From Chloroflexota bacterium (lineage in GTDB: Bacteria > Chloroflexota > Dehalococcoidia > Lucifugimonadales > GCA-2722455), in NCBI GenBank assembly GCA_002722455.1, contig PBMB01000019.1, positions 16,306 to 80,305 on the forward strand: DNA of 64,000 bases. Reading direction: 5' to 3'. The translations under genes and the position numbers were made by a program. Of this stretch, positions 30,422 through 40,275 are shown in pieces. The notes under the pieces are model-generated. The model saw nothing but the letters and a program-made list of their open reading frames with translations. It searched no databases and was not told where the DNA came from. Each line of letters begins with the position of its first letter. The stretch's first letter is position 1.

Positions 30422-31075
30422 TTATTCTTGAAAAAATATTAACTCACCTTTATCTGAAACATGAGCTGTTTTCTTTTCTGTCTTTGCGCTATACCACAAT
30501 AGAAAATCTAAATCTGGAATTGTCATTTTTGGTTTTACTTTTGAAGCTAACTCTAAAAAGGCACTTTCTAACTCTTCATATAATTTAGGCTTTGAGGGTG
30601 TTTGCTCTGGTGCTTCATAACCATTTGCTCTTAGAAACTTTAATATATGAGTGTCTAGTATTGCACAATCTTCTATATCTGCTCTGTTATACACCATAAA
30701 GAAACGAGAGCTTTTTTTTCCAACTCCTCTAAGACTTTCTAGCTCTTTTAAACTGCAGTTCATTAAATCCATTTTCGTAGATTTAAGATCTCGAAAGAAA
30801 TTCAACAATAATGAATATTTACCTGTCTTGTGTTTTTTTAACATTTCCAACAGTTTTTCAAAATCATTTTTTCCATAATTTTCTATTATGTATGAAAATA
30901 AAGATTCTGGCTTATCTTTACCTATTAAGTCTGCAATTAATTCATTTGTCTTCTTTTTTATTGTTTCCGAGCTTTTACCTGCTACCATAACTGCAAATAG
31001 CAAAAATGATTCTTTATAAAACAAAGGGTAATCTAACTTTCCTTTTACATCATTTGGATCAACATAAATCGTCAA
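30422..31075 (-). CDS. Helix-hairpin-helix DNA glycosylase (8-oxoG glycosylase/Ogg-like)
   Basis: LESLRGVGKKSSRFF HhH with catalytic Lys position, AILDTHIL, Y.ELE..F, LDFLLW; TTG start after AAGGAGG. Confidence 0.8.
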   Translation of the reverse strand: MTIYVDPNDVKGKLDYPLFYKESFLLFAVMVAGKSSETIKKKTNELIADLIGKDKPESLFSYIIENYGKNDFEKLLEMLKKHKTGKYSLLLNFFRDLKSTKMDLMNCSLKELESLRGVGKKSSRFFMVYNRADIEDCAILDTHILKFLRANGYEAPEQTPSKPKLYEELESAFLELASKVKPKMTIPDLDFLLWYSAKTEKKTAHVSDKGELIFFQE

Positions 31076-31172
31076 TTTTTCCTCCTTTTATTTTCAATTT
31101 AAAAAAAATATTAACAAAAGTCAAACAAAAAAAAAGCTTGGCATTTGCCAAGCTCTTTGGATTCTGTTTAAA

Positions 31173-31355
31173 TTAATGTGCTTCCACTTCTTCCATAATG
31201 TCGTTTAGTGCGCCTAGTCGAATAGTATAACCTCTTTCAAAAGCTCGTTTTACAACTTCTTTTGGTGTGTTTACTGTTGGATCTTCATTAATCTCTTGAT
31301 TCAACTCAACACTCTTTTGATAGTCTTCTACGCTTGAAATATTAATCATGCTCAT
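31173..31355 (-). CDS. Small hypothetical protein
   Basis: GGAG RBS on the minus strand. Confidence 0.55.
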   Translation of the reverse strand: MSMINISSVEDYQKSVELNQEINEDPTVNTPKEVVKRAFERGYTIRLGALNDIMEEVEAH

Positions 31356-31596
31356 TTTGTCTCTCCAAGTTAGCTTCTCTCGATTAACTTATTACAGTAT
31401 ACAATGCTTTCTGAATAATAAAAGTCTTACCAGTATAATTTTCGACATACTTATCACTTCTTTGCAAACGTTACAAATCACTGTTTTATTTTTAAATATT
31501 AAACTTTTTTTTATTTTTGTATTGAATATTTTTTTGCATTTTTTTCTTACTTTTGTTATAATTTACGCAACTTAAAAGCAAACAAAAGGCACAATC

Positions 31597-31920
31597 ATGT
31601 CAGAGCCAAAAATCACATTTGAATTTTCTCAAAGCGTTACTATTCTTGGTGGCACTGCTACTCTTTCAATCGTTGAGAGTTCTTATGTGCTCCCAGAAAA
31701 GAGTTTGTATGGCGCAGGACAAACTCGACATAAGACTGACGCAAAAATCACTTACAACCATTCAGGTGATGAATACACGGTTATTTACTGGAATACTCCA
31801 GAGAAGCAAAATCTTTTAAAAACTGATTTTGAAACTTCTTTTGAAGACCAAGCAAAAGAAATCATTAACAAACACATGCTTGGTGCATTACTTACTGGCA
31901 TTGAAGAAGATTGCGACTAG
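31597..31920 (+). CDS. Hypothetical protein
   Basis: ORF with promoter. Confidence 0.6.
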   Translation: MSEPKITFEFSQSVTILGGTATLSIVESSYVLPEKSLYGAGQTRHKTDAKITYNHSGDEYTVIYWNTPEKQNLLKTDFETSFEDQAKEIINKHMLGALLTGIEEDCD

Positions 31921-31995
31921 CAATCTTCTCTTACATTGACCTTTTTATTTGATTTTGCTATAATTCATTTTCGATTTAAATATTAAGGCAAAATC

Positions 31996-32130
31996 ATGTT
32001 TATTTTAAAATTCCTATTTTTCTTAGCTTGTTCTGGTGCTTTCATTGCCCTTCTTGCTAAAACAACAGGGAAAAATAAAAAACAATATCATTGTGAACGC
32101 AATGGCAGAGACAGAAGCCACAAAGATTAA
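31996..32130 (+). CDS. 44-aa membrane/secreted peptide
   Basis: MFILKFLFFLACSGAFIALLAKTTGKNKKQYHCERNGRDRSHKD; promoter and AAGG RBS. Confidence 0.5.
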   Translation: MFILKFLFFLACSGAFIALLAKTTGKNKKQYHCERNGRDRSHKD

Positions 32131-32139
32131 AAGGTTTAT

Positions 32140-32406
32140 ATGAGCGAACAAAATTACGAAGAACGACTGCAAAAAGCCATAGAAGAAGAATACGCTAGGA
32201 AGTTTCCTACTTGTTCTTGTCAATTCTGTGAAGGTACAGAAGGCAAAGAAGAACTTGTTTGGACTGGCGATGAAGAATCTTTTGGCGGTTGGGAAATCTG
32301 GTTTTGTTGCAAGTCTTGCCAAGAAAAAGGTCAACCGTCTGAAACTTTCATGTGGCTTGATATACCAGAAGAATTTAAACACGATCATTGGAGATACAAT
32401 GGATAA
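32140..32406 (+). CDS. Small Cys-rich (Zn-binding) protein
   Basis: CSCQFC..CCKSC. Confidence 0.6.
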   Translation: MSEQNYEERLQKAIEEEYARKFPTCSCQFCEGTEGKEELVWTGDEESFGGWEIWFCCKSCQEKGQPSETFMWLDIPEEFKHDHWRYNG

Positions 32407-32623
32407 TAAAGAACTTTTTGAGCGATTTAAAAGTGATCGCTGTTTTAAATCATATATGTTTTTGCTTTTTTCTCCACTACTAATCATTTTTTGTTCCGTG
32501 ATGTCCTACATTGATAAGGGCTTATGTGTGGAATTTGTTTTTGGACTTACTTTTGCTATCTGGACTTTAAAAGTTGCAAATGAAATGATTGGTAAAAAGT
32601 TATTAGAAATCGAATTTGGTTGA
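32399..32623 (+). CDS. Small two-TM protein
   Basis: GGAG RBS; hydrophobic. Confidence 0.55.
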   Translation: MDNKELFERFKSDRCFKSYMFLLFSPLLIIFCSVMSYIDKGLCVEFVFGLTFAIWTLKVANEMIGKKLLEIEFG

Positions 32624-32678
32624 TTTAAGGCTACTTTTAAAGTATAATTCAACTTGTTTTTAATGAAAGGTATTACTT

Positions 32679-32999
32679 ATGTATCAAGAGTTTTTATTGT
32701 TACCAAAAGGCGTTCAAGATTTACTGCTTTATGTCAAAGAATCACAAACTTCTGATGAAGGATTTGGAGAGGGCAACCCAGGGCATTATTGTGAGTTTGA
32801 CTCAGAGGGTATGAAGCCACACTTGCCAGAAGATATCATGATCGCAAAAAAAATCCCTTGGGTTATCTTTGACGAAGAAGAAAGCGATATTCCTAATCCA
32901 TACAAAGAACACGTTTATGGCGTTGCTTTTATCAGTATTAAAGAAGACGCTTTAACAAAAATTCCAGAAATTGGAAGTGAACTCGATAATCGAGAATAA
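32679..32999 (+). CDS. Hypothetical protein
   Basis: ORF. Confidence 0.6.
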   Translation: MYQEFLLLPKGVQDLLLYVKESQTSDEGFGEGNPGHYCEFDSEGMKPHLPEDIMIAKKIPWVIFDEEESDIPNPYKEHVYGVAFISIKEDALTKIPEIGSELDNRE

Positions 33000-33018
33000 T
33001 CAAATATAAGGTGAAAAA

Positions 33019-33438
33019 ATGCGTAATATTTTTAAATCCGATCTATATCCTATTGTTGCTGTTGTAGCCATTGCTTTCTTTTTATATAAAATGAGCACTG
33101 ACTTTGCTGTTATCTTTTCATTCTTGGCTACCATTGGATTGATTTTCAATGTTGCCACGACAAATAATTACAATCGTTTGGAGTTTGTTAACGTATTGTT
33201 TTTTGGTTTTATCCCTATCTTCTTTACCAGTAATTGCCAAGCAAGCATTATTGTTGGAGCGATGACATTAATCCCGTTCTCTATTTCTGCATATCGACAA
33301 TATGTTTTTAAGAAAAGAGGCGACATTTTAATGACTAAATTTGAACATTCAGTCAAAAAAACGTCCACTCTGGTGCAAAAATTGAAAGAGGAATCTCAAA
33401 ACGAACTCTATTCAAAAACGTTACAATCGAAAGCTTAA
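33019..33438 (+). CDS. Membrane protein
   Basis: About four hydrophobic segments. Confidence 0.65.
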   Translation: MRNIFKSDLYPIVAVVAIAFFLYKMSTDFAVIFSFLATIGLIFNVATTNNYNRLEFVNVLFFGFIPIFFTSNCQASIIVGAMTLIPFSISAYRQYVFKKRGDILMTKFEHSVKKTSTLVQKLKEESQNELYSKTLQSKA

Positions 33439-33459
33439 AATTATTCAATTTTAAAACAA

Positions 33460-33495
33460 AAAAAGGTTGCTTGTTGCGACCTTTTTTTATATAAT
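33460..33495 (+). promoter_or_regulatory. Fused terminator/sigma70 promoter
   Basis: AAAAGGTTGC-TTGTT-GCGACCTTTT; -35 33467, 17 bp, TATAAT 33490. Confidence 0.8.
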
Positions 33496-33529
33496 TATCT
33501 TATTCCTTAAACACTTAAAGGCTTTTGAA

Positions 33530-33718
33530 ATGACTACGAATGTTGCTATCCTTGCTGCTCACGTTATTGGCGCTAGTGCTGCTACTTGTGACACTTACCA
33601 TATTAAAATGTATCGTGAAAAACCTATTCAGATCCCTACTATTCGTAAGCACAATTACCCTTTCTATCATTCCGTGGGTAAGCGTCAAAATAAAAAAGCT
33701 GTCTACCGTAAACTTTAA
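33530..33718 (+). CDS. Small basic protein
   Basis: Start behind AAGG RBS. Confidence 0.5.
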   Translation: MTTNVAILAAHVIGASAATCDTYHIKMYREKPIQIPTIRKHNYPFYHSVGKRQNKKAVYRKL

Positions 33719-33733
33719 CAAGAGGAATCTCTT

Positions 33734-34168
33734 ATGTTAGGACAAAAACTTATTGACCGAATGAACGAAGAAGAACTTAAAGATCTTCAAATTCAAAAAG
33801 AACGCAAAGAAGAGCAAGAACGTAAAGACAAAGAAGAAATTGGCTTTGTTTCTGATCTTATGCAACAAATCCGAGAAGAGGCAGAACGACTTCCTAATGC
33901 CAAAAAGGTTCATGTTCACAATGGCTTGTTCCGTGTTGTCGAAGGTCGTAAATTGAGTGCCAAAAAACGTAAATTTCTTTGCAACGACTATGCAACTGAA
34001 AGTCTATTCACCCGTTTTAAAGACGCTAAATTTGCAAATGTTATGTCTAAAATGAGTGACTGGATGAAAGAAAATGGTATTGAAGATCTTATTGCTACTT
34101 ATGAGCATGACGGGCTTGGACACAGTTCAAAATCTTGGAATAACTTTCATGTTAAACCAAAATACTAA
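33734..34168 (+). CDS. Hypothetical protein
   Basis: GAGG RBS. Confidence 0.65.
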   Translation: MLGQKLIDRMNEEELKDLQIQKERKEEQERKDKEEIGFVSDLMQQIREEAERLPNAKKVHVHNGLFRVVEGRKLSAKKRKFLCNDYATESLFTRFKDAKFANVMSKMSDWMKENGIEDLIATYEHDGLGHSSKSWNNFHVKPKY

Positions 34169-34363
34169 ATTGATTATTTATTAATCTTCTTATTAATTAA
34201 AGGTTCTGACTTAGAACCTTTTTTTTTATTTTTATCCTTAAAAATGCGTTTTTTATCTTGCAATCCAAGTTAACTATTGATAGTATATACACATAGTCAA
34301 GGCGGAGAGCACTGACTTAAAAATAACTTATTTGTCTTCTAATTATTAAAAAAGGTATGTATT

Positions 34364-34576
34364 ATGAAAAAAGTTATTGAAAACCTAGTTGAAGCAGTTA
34401 AAACCTCTAATCCTGTTGATTCTGTTCAAACCCTGCACCCTAAACTAAGTTCTTCTGCAGCAGAAGGTGTCGTTTCTGACGTTAAAAGCTATATGGACGG
34501 TGATTTAGAGTTTGATAAACTAGCTATGTTTCTAATGAAAGATGGAGTTGTTAATCAAGAAACAATGGAGTCTTAA
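34364..34576 (+). CDS. Small hypothetical protein
   Basis: ORF behind an AGTCAAGG-class promoter. Confidence 0.65.
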   Translation: MKKVIENLVEAVKTSNPVDSVQTLHPKLSSSAAEGVVSDVKSYMDGDLEFDKLAMFLMKDGVVNQETMES

Positions 34577-34686
34577 GCCACAATATTTATATAATTAAAG
34601 CCTCAAACTTGAGGCTTTTTTTATTGATTAAAATCCTTTATTTTAGTATAATTTACTCAACTTAAAAACAAATCAAAAGGTGTAAA

Positions 34687-35196
34687 ATGAACAACCAAGA
34701 GAAATTACGTTTAGAAGCTTTTCAGACTTTAATTAATCGTGTTTTGAATATTTTTAATATCATTGACGATATTAAGATTGAAACAGATAGCGGTTTTCAT
34801 TCTTTTTCACATCGAAAAGATGATCTTGTTCTTGAGTCTGTTATTGCTCACTTCAACGGATTAACACCCACAATGTCAGATATTTTTGAGATTCTTAATC
34901 TAGCTCGTAAGCTAACTGACAATGAAGACGTTATTGAATCCTTAGAAAAAGCGTTCAAACACCTTAAAGAAGGTAGAGAAGCTTATAAATATAGCTCTGT
35001 CACGTATGAATTAGACCACCCATATATGACAGTTGCTCGATTAATTCTCGATTATAAATGTTATGTTTCTGAGTATGGCTACCCTAAACTAAGTGATTCT
35101 ATGCTAGAAACTGCTTTGGTTCTTTCAAAAAACTTTGAACATGATTTTGTCGTCTCTCGTTATCTCGAATCACTCAAAGAAAAATCAGTCGCTTAA
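34687..35196 (+). CDS. Hypothetical protein
   Basis: ORF. Confidence 0.65.
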   Translation: MNNQEKLRLEAFQTLINRVLNIFNIIDDIKIETDSGFHSFSHRKDDLVLESVIAHFNGLTPTMSDIFEILNLARKLTDNEDVIESLEKAFKHLKEGREAYKYSSVTYELDHPYMTVARLILDYKCYVSEYGYPKLSDSMLETALVLSKNFEHDFVVSRYLESLKEKSVA

Positions 35197-35295
35197 AGTG
35201 TTCAAAAAAGAGTCAATTATTGGCTCTTTTTTATTGCCCCAAATCTCATTCTTTGCTATAATTAACGCAGTTAAAAAGAAAGATATGGTGAAATT

Positions 35296-35574
35296 ATGCT
35301 TACTGCAAAAGTTTTTTTAATTGTTACTACTACCGTTAGTATGGTTAATGGTGACAAATTCGCTGAAAACGTTGTTGAACGTGTTACTCCGTATACTTCT
35401 TATAGTGAATGCAAAGACGCTATTAGAGCTGATAGCAAACGTTACAACGCAGAAAGAAAAGACAAGCGAAAAAGAAAAGATACTTACACTTACAAAAAGA
35501 TTAAATGCAAGTCTAAAAGAATCGATTTGGCAGAAGGTGGCATTGCCAAAGAATTATTCAAAATTCGCTTCTAA
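35296..35574 (+). CDS. Small possibly secreted basic protein
   Basis: Hydrophobic N-terminus; YxECK..IKCK pattern. Confidence 0.55.
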   Translation: MLTAKVFLIVTTTVSMVNGDKFAENVVERVTPYTSYSECKDAIRADSKRYNAERKDKRKRKDTYTYKKIKCKSKRIDLAEGGIAKELFKIRF

Positions 35575-35611
35575 TGTATCATTTCTCGATTTTTAAAACA
35601 TTGGGCTAAAT

Positions 35612-36628
35612 ATGTGTAAACTTGAACAATTTAAATCAGAAGCAAGTGAAAAAGGCTTAACTCTTCTTGGTAAGAGCAACAGCCCTGAATCTTATTTGTA
35701 TCGGTTTAATTCATGTGGACACACGAAAGAATACAAGCCCTATGAACTCAGAAACACTAATCCTGTCTGTAATGAGTGTAAACTCGAACAATTCAAACTT
35801 GAAGCCAACGAGAAAGGTTTAACTCTTCTTCACAAAAGTGACAAGCGAAGCCATTACTGGTATCAGTTTGATAAATGTGGTCATCAAAAGGAATATAAGC
35901 CCTCCCACGTTAGACGTAGACAGCCAACTTGTGAAAGCTGTCAAATAGAGCAATTCAAATTTGAAGCCAAAGAGAAAGGATTAACTCTTATTCGCAAAGC
36001 TGAGAAATTCGGTAATTATGTTTATCAATTTGACAAATGTGGTCATCAAAAGGAATATCAAGCAGTCCACGTTCGAAAAAAACAGCCACATTGTGAGATT
36101 TGTCAATTTGAACAATTCAAACTTGAAGCTGACCAAAAAGATATGAGTATTATAAGCAAAGGGACTAAAACAGGATATTATCTCTATCAATTTAATGAAT
36201 GTGGTCATCAAAAAGAATATCAACCTTCTGACATTCGACATAAAAGCGTCTGTTGTGAGTTCTGTGGCAATTCTCATTTCCACCAAAAAACTTATGTTTA
36301 CTTACTTCTCATACACAATGAAGAAAATTCATTCTTGAAACTTGGTATTGCTAATAATATTTTAAGCCGACAAAAGAACTACAAACTTGATAAATCTTAT
36401 ACTGTTGAAGAATTAGATTCTGTTTTAGTCGATACTAAATTCATTGCTCTTGAATATGAAAAAAACATTCATTCTAATTATACTTCAAACAACTTAGATC
36501 ACTCTATTATGAATGAAATCATGGCTTCTGGTTATACAGAGTGTTATCCTGTTATTCTCGAAAAGGCGTTACTTGCAGAAATAGACCTTATCAAGATAAA
36601 AGAAAAAGAACTTAAAAAAGTTGCCTAA
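35612..36628 (+). CDS. Zn-ribbon repeat protein with C-terminal GIY-YIG-like nuclease (homing-endonuclease-like)
   Basis: Four ~54-aa repeats EQFKxEAxEKGLTL..YQFDKCGHQKEY..CxxC; then YVYLL..FLKLGIANN..RQ..E..IH..GYTECY. Confidence 0.75.
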   Translation: MCKLEQFKSEASEKGLTLLGKSNSPESYLYRFNSCGHTKEYKPYELRNTNPVCNECKLEQFKLEANEKGLTLLHKSDKRSHYWYQFDKCGHQKEYKPSHVRRRQPTCESCQIEQFKFEAKEKGLTLIRKAEKFGNYVYQFDKCGHQKEYQAVHVRKKQPHCEICQFEQFKLEADQKDMSIISKGTKTGYYLYQFNECGHQKEYQPSDIRHKSVCCEFCGNSHFHQKTYVYLLLIHNEENSFLKLGIANNILSRQKNYKLDKSYTVEELDSVLVDTKFIALEYEKNIHSNYTSNNLDHSIMNEIMASGYTECYPVILEKALLAEIDLIKIKEKELKKVA

Positions 36629-36683
36629 ATCGACGTTTTTTGCTATGATAAACGCAGTTTAAAAACGATTGTAAGAGGTTTAA

Positions 36684-37049
36684 ATGTCAAAACTCAATGC
36701 AGAAAAAATCTTGCCTATCATAGAATCCGAACTTCATCTTGGTTCTGATTTAGTTAGAAAGATTGCGCTTGTTTTTGATAAAACCATTTATTTTCGTGGT
36801 ATTGGAGAAAAACGAGTTCTTCAAGCTCTCAACTTATTTCTTCAAAATAAGACCCCAAATCACAACTTGGCTGACTCTTTTTATAATTCGTCTTCTTCTG
36901 GATTTACAGCTATTCTTTCTTCTGTACGATACTTACATAAGCACGACTCCACAGAAGAGCAAGCATTGGCATTTCTTAAAAAATTCAGTGAAAACCTAAC
37001 TAAATTAGAACGTGAACATTTGTTTACACAAGAAAAAATCAACCATTAA
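36684..37049 (+). CDS. Hypothetical protein
   Basis: ORF. Confidence 0.6.
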   Translation: MSKLNAEKILPIIESELHLGSDLVRKIALVFDKTIYFRGIGEKRVLQALNLFLQNKTPNHNLADSFYNSSSSGFTAILSSVRYLHKHDSTEEQALAFLKKFSENLTKLEREHLFTQEKINH

Positions 37050-37058
37050 GGAAAAGCA

Positions 37059-37535
37059 ATGAATCTTAAACCTCATCTAGTTCCAGAAATTTATGATGTT
37101 GCGCAAGTTTATGAAAGAACTAATTTGAAAAAATTCCCGATTTTTAAAGAACTGATTGATAAAATGGATCTCAATTCAGCAGAAGAAGAAGAAAACGTGT
37201 TTAACTCACTGCAAGATATTCTTGAAAATTATCAATCCACAACGCTTCTTCATTTTGAATCCAAAATCGTTCCTATCAATGACGAAGGCGACGAAATGCC
37301 TGTTTATTTTTACAATGAAGCATTGAACGAATCCGAAGAACAAAAGAAAACAATGGATTATCTGTGTAAGTCTGTTCAGGTAGCTCATTACTTACACAAT
37401 ACAAAAGAACCGTTTAGTAAATTACCAAATGAAGTTAAATTTGTCGATTTCATGGCTAACGAAGGAAATTACAAAAAAATGATTAAGCATTTTTATTCTA
37501 CGCCATTCATTATCCACATGGATCTGCTTTATTAA
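37059..37535 (+). CDS. Hypothetical protein
   Basis: ORF. Confidence 0.6.
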   Translation: MNLKPHLVPEIYDVAQVYERTNLKKFPIFKELIDKMDLNSAEEEENVFNSLQDILENYQSTTLLHFESKIVPINDEGDEMPVYFYNEALNESEEQKKTMDYLCKSVQVAHYLHNTKEPFSKLPNEVKFVDFMANEGNYKKMIKHFYSTPFIIHMDLLY

Positions 37536-37544
37536 ATCTTTTTT

Positions 37545-37982
37545 ATGATTTTTGTTAAAAATTACTATAAAGATTTTGGTGCAAGAGAATTAGCACACCG
37601 TGTTAAATCCAAAGACCAGAAATCATTACAATTAATGGCTGAAGAGATTTCAGCCATATTACCATCTGACGTTATTATTGTCCCTGTTCCTTCTCGAAAT
37701 GGATATGCCACTGACACTTTAGACATTGCTCAGATTATTGTTCGCCTTAATGGTGGCAAAGTTCTTGATATATTAAAAGGAAAAGAGAGAGAATCATTAT
37801 ATTCACTGAAAAAAAACAATAAAAAGATCGATGAAGACTTTTTTTGCTTTTATCTCGTTGGTAATGAACCTGATTCTGTATATTATGTTCTTGATACTGT
37901 TGTCGATACTGGACGAACATTAAACGAAATAAGTAAGTTACTCTCAAACCCCTTGTTTGTTTGTCACTCAAAAGTTTTCTAA
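37545..37982 (+). CDS. Phosphoribosyltransferase-fold protein (ComF-like)
   Basis: IIVPVPSR and a PRPP-loop-like VLDTVVDTGRTL. Confidence 0.7.
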   Translation: MIFVKNYYKDFGARELAHRVKSKDQKSLQLMAEEISAILPSDVIIVPVPSRNGYATDTLDIAQIIVRLNGGKVLDILKGKERESLYSLKKNNKKIDEDFFCFYLVGNEPDSVYYVLDTVVDTGRTLNEISKLLSNPLFVCHSKVF

Positions 37983-38060
37983 CCAACCATAAAAAACGTT
38001 GTTTCGTTGGTCTTTTTATTGTATAATTAACGTAGTTTAAAAACAAAAGGTTTTAAAGTT

Positions 38061-38327
38061 ATGGCTAAATTAGTATTAAGACACATTGATTTTCGTGAAA
38101 AAATTATTGAAATTTCCGATCAAGGTATTTGGGCTGATTATGTCCGTAATGAAGTGACCTATAGTGAATTTATTGCTATGTCTACCGAAGATCGTAAACA
38201 AATGTTCAATGAATACATTATGGACGTAGATTTTGAAGAACTTATCGATCAAAATCGTTGGGAAGGCATTTACAAAGAAGAACCAACATTTAACGATGAA
38301 TTTGTTTCTGGATACGAAGAGGAATAA
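38061..38327 (+). CDS. Small acidic protein
   Basis: ORF. Confidence 0.6.
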   Translation: MAKLVLRHIDFREKIIEISDQGIWADYVRNEVTYSEFIAMSTEDRKQMFNEYIMDVDFEELIDQNRWEGIYKEEPTFNDEFVSGYEEE

Positions 38328-38329
38328 TA

Positions 38330-38629
38330 ATGACTAAGTCAAAAGCAACACTAATGGAAACACTTGTCGCACCTAGTGGCAATTATGACGCATTTACCGA
38401 TTCACAAGGTTTTACCATTGTTGATTTAAATACCAGTGGTGACAATTATTGCCATCGAGCAGAAGCCAATGCCGCATTTGTATATAAAAACCACTTAATT
38501 AGTATGTCTACTTCTGGTCTAAATCATGGTGCTTGTCGAACAAAAATTGCTATTTTTGATAAAAATCGTAAAATTGTTACTGAAACTGACACTGTTGAAG
38601 AAGCCATTGAATACTTAAACGAAATGTAA
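38330..38629 (+). CDS. Hypothetical protein
   Basis: ORF. Confidence 0.6.
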   Translation: MTKSKATLMETLVAPSGNYDAFTDSQGFTIVDLNTSGDNYCHRAEANAAFVYKNHLISMSTSGLNHGACRTKIAIFDKNRKIVTETDTVEEAIEYLNEM

Positions 38630-38793
38630 TAAATTACATTCTTGATTAATGAAATACGAAAAGCCTCTTATCATCAGAGGCTTTTTTTCTTGTTTAACAT
38701 TATCCTCATTACACTGTTTTACAAAACAAGTATCCCTATTTTTTAAATAATAAATGCGTATTCATTAAAAAAAGCAGCTCAAGCTGCTTTTTT

Positions 38794-39261
38794 TTAAATT
38801 GCTTCCAATTCTACTGCATATCCTGTTTCTCGCCAGTTTTCATCGAGAATTAATAAATACATTTTTCCTTCATTTCTTTGAACTTTTACAAAACCTGACT
38901 CTACTTTATTCCAGAAATGAATAGATTGAGCGTTTTTTAATTTAAAACTCATTTCTGCATACTTGCTGTCAATGCCTGTTAATACACGGATAACAATATT
39001 CATATCAGGGCTTTTGTTTATTTTATGCAAAAAGTAATCAAATGGAAAAAATGCTTTTGTTGAGGCATTTGCATATTTAAAAGAACCATTTGTACTATTC
39101 ATTCGTTTTAACTTATAAACGCCCCCTTCTCTCGGTGATTTTTGGCTCGGACTTCTACGACTCTCTAATTTTTCAACAAACAAAGAATCTGTATACTCAG
39201 ATACATTATTTGAATAATGTTGTTTGCCCTCTTTGTCCAAATAAACTGCAACTGTCATCAT
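38794..39261 (-). CDS. Hypothetical protein
   Basis: Second gene of a minus-strand pair; AAGGA RBS. Confidence 0.6.
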   Translation of the reverse strand: MMTVAVYLDKEGKQHYSNNVSEYTDSLFVEKLESRRSPSQKSPREGGVYKLKRMNSTNGSFKYANASTKAFFPFDYFLHKINKSPDMNIVIRVLTGIDSKYAEMSFKLKNAQSIHFWNKVESGFVKVQRNEGKMYLLILDENWRETGYAVELEAI

Positions 39262-39268
39262 TTTTTCC

Positions 39269-39769
39269 TTACATTACAGGAATCAACATTTCTGATTCTT
39301 GATTGATTACGCTCATTACCATAACCAAATCTTTATCAGTGCCTACTACAAGAGAAACCTTATCATTGATTAAAGACTGTTCTCCCATTTTTTCACAATT
39401 CGCTTTTGCTTCTGTCTCTTTGTAGCTTAAAGTGTCACACATTGATTCAAAATCAATATGTTTCAACAGTTTTCTGGTTAACGTAAGAACCTCTTGCTTT
39501 AATTCTTCTTTACTTAATTCTTCGACCTTTGATACTGGTGGAGTCACTTCAAAGAACAAAGTTTTCTGACCATACTGATCTACTTTGATTGAATACTTTT
39601 GAACACAATCTAAATTTTTCAAGTAATTGTTTACCTTAAAATCTAAAACTTTTGGAATAGTGATTGAAACACCGACTTTAATCATGTTCTTACTTATAAA
39701 TTCTTTAATCTCTGCTTTCAGTGATTCATCTTCAATTTTATTCATAATTGACACTAATGATAATGACAT
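39269..39769 (-). CDS. Hypothetical protein
   Basis: Minus-strand promoter TTGTTT..TGGTATAAT near 39803-39831. Confidence 0.65.
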   Translation of the reverse strand: MSLSLVSIMNKIEDESLKAEIKEFISKNMIKVGVSITIPKVLDFKVNNYLKNLDCVQKYSIKVDQYGQKTLFFEVTPPVSKVEELSKEELKQEVLTLTRKLLKHIDFESMCDTLSYKETEAKANCEKMGEQSLINDKVSLVVGTDKDLVMVMSVINQESEMLIPVM

Positions 39770-39911
39770 TTTTCAACCTTTAATATGTTTTTAATTTTAT
39801 TAATTATACCAAAATGATTCTTTAAAAACAATCATTTTAATTTATTCTTTTCCTTGTTTTTTTTCTTTTTTTATTTTATAATTTGTTGATTCAAACAATG
39901 CAGGTTCTTCT

Positions 39912-40208
39912 ATGAAAAATAAAAAAGCACAACTGCTATTAAGCCAAACAACAGAAAAAGGTCGAGTTTCAGTATCTGCAGAAGGTAAACGACTTAGACT
40001 CTATTTCTACAGCGAATCTCAATATCGAATGAAACATAATACTTCTAGTATTTCTGATTCCTCTTACGAGTTTTGTTCAAATCCACAAAAAATTATGGTG
40101 AATGGTAAAGTTCAAAATTATTCTGAAGTTTGCGATGACGTAACACGTAAAAGTCAATTTCGTGACGCCAAGGTTTTGGCTGTTTCTACAAGTGACTCAT
40201 TAGTTTAA
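39912..40208 (+). CDS. Hypothetical protein (shares N-terminal module with the next gene)
   Basis: ORF. Confidence 0.6.
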   Translation: MKNKKAQLLLSQTTEKGRVSVSAEGKRLRLYFYSESQYRMKHNTSSISDSSYEFCSNPQKIMVNGKVQNYSEVCDDVTRKSQFRDAKVLAVSTSDSLV

Positions 40209-40275
40209 AAACGCTTGTTTTTCTTGCGTTAATATTTTATAATTACCACAACTTAAAAATAAATCGGTATTAAAA

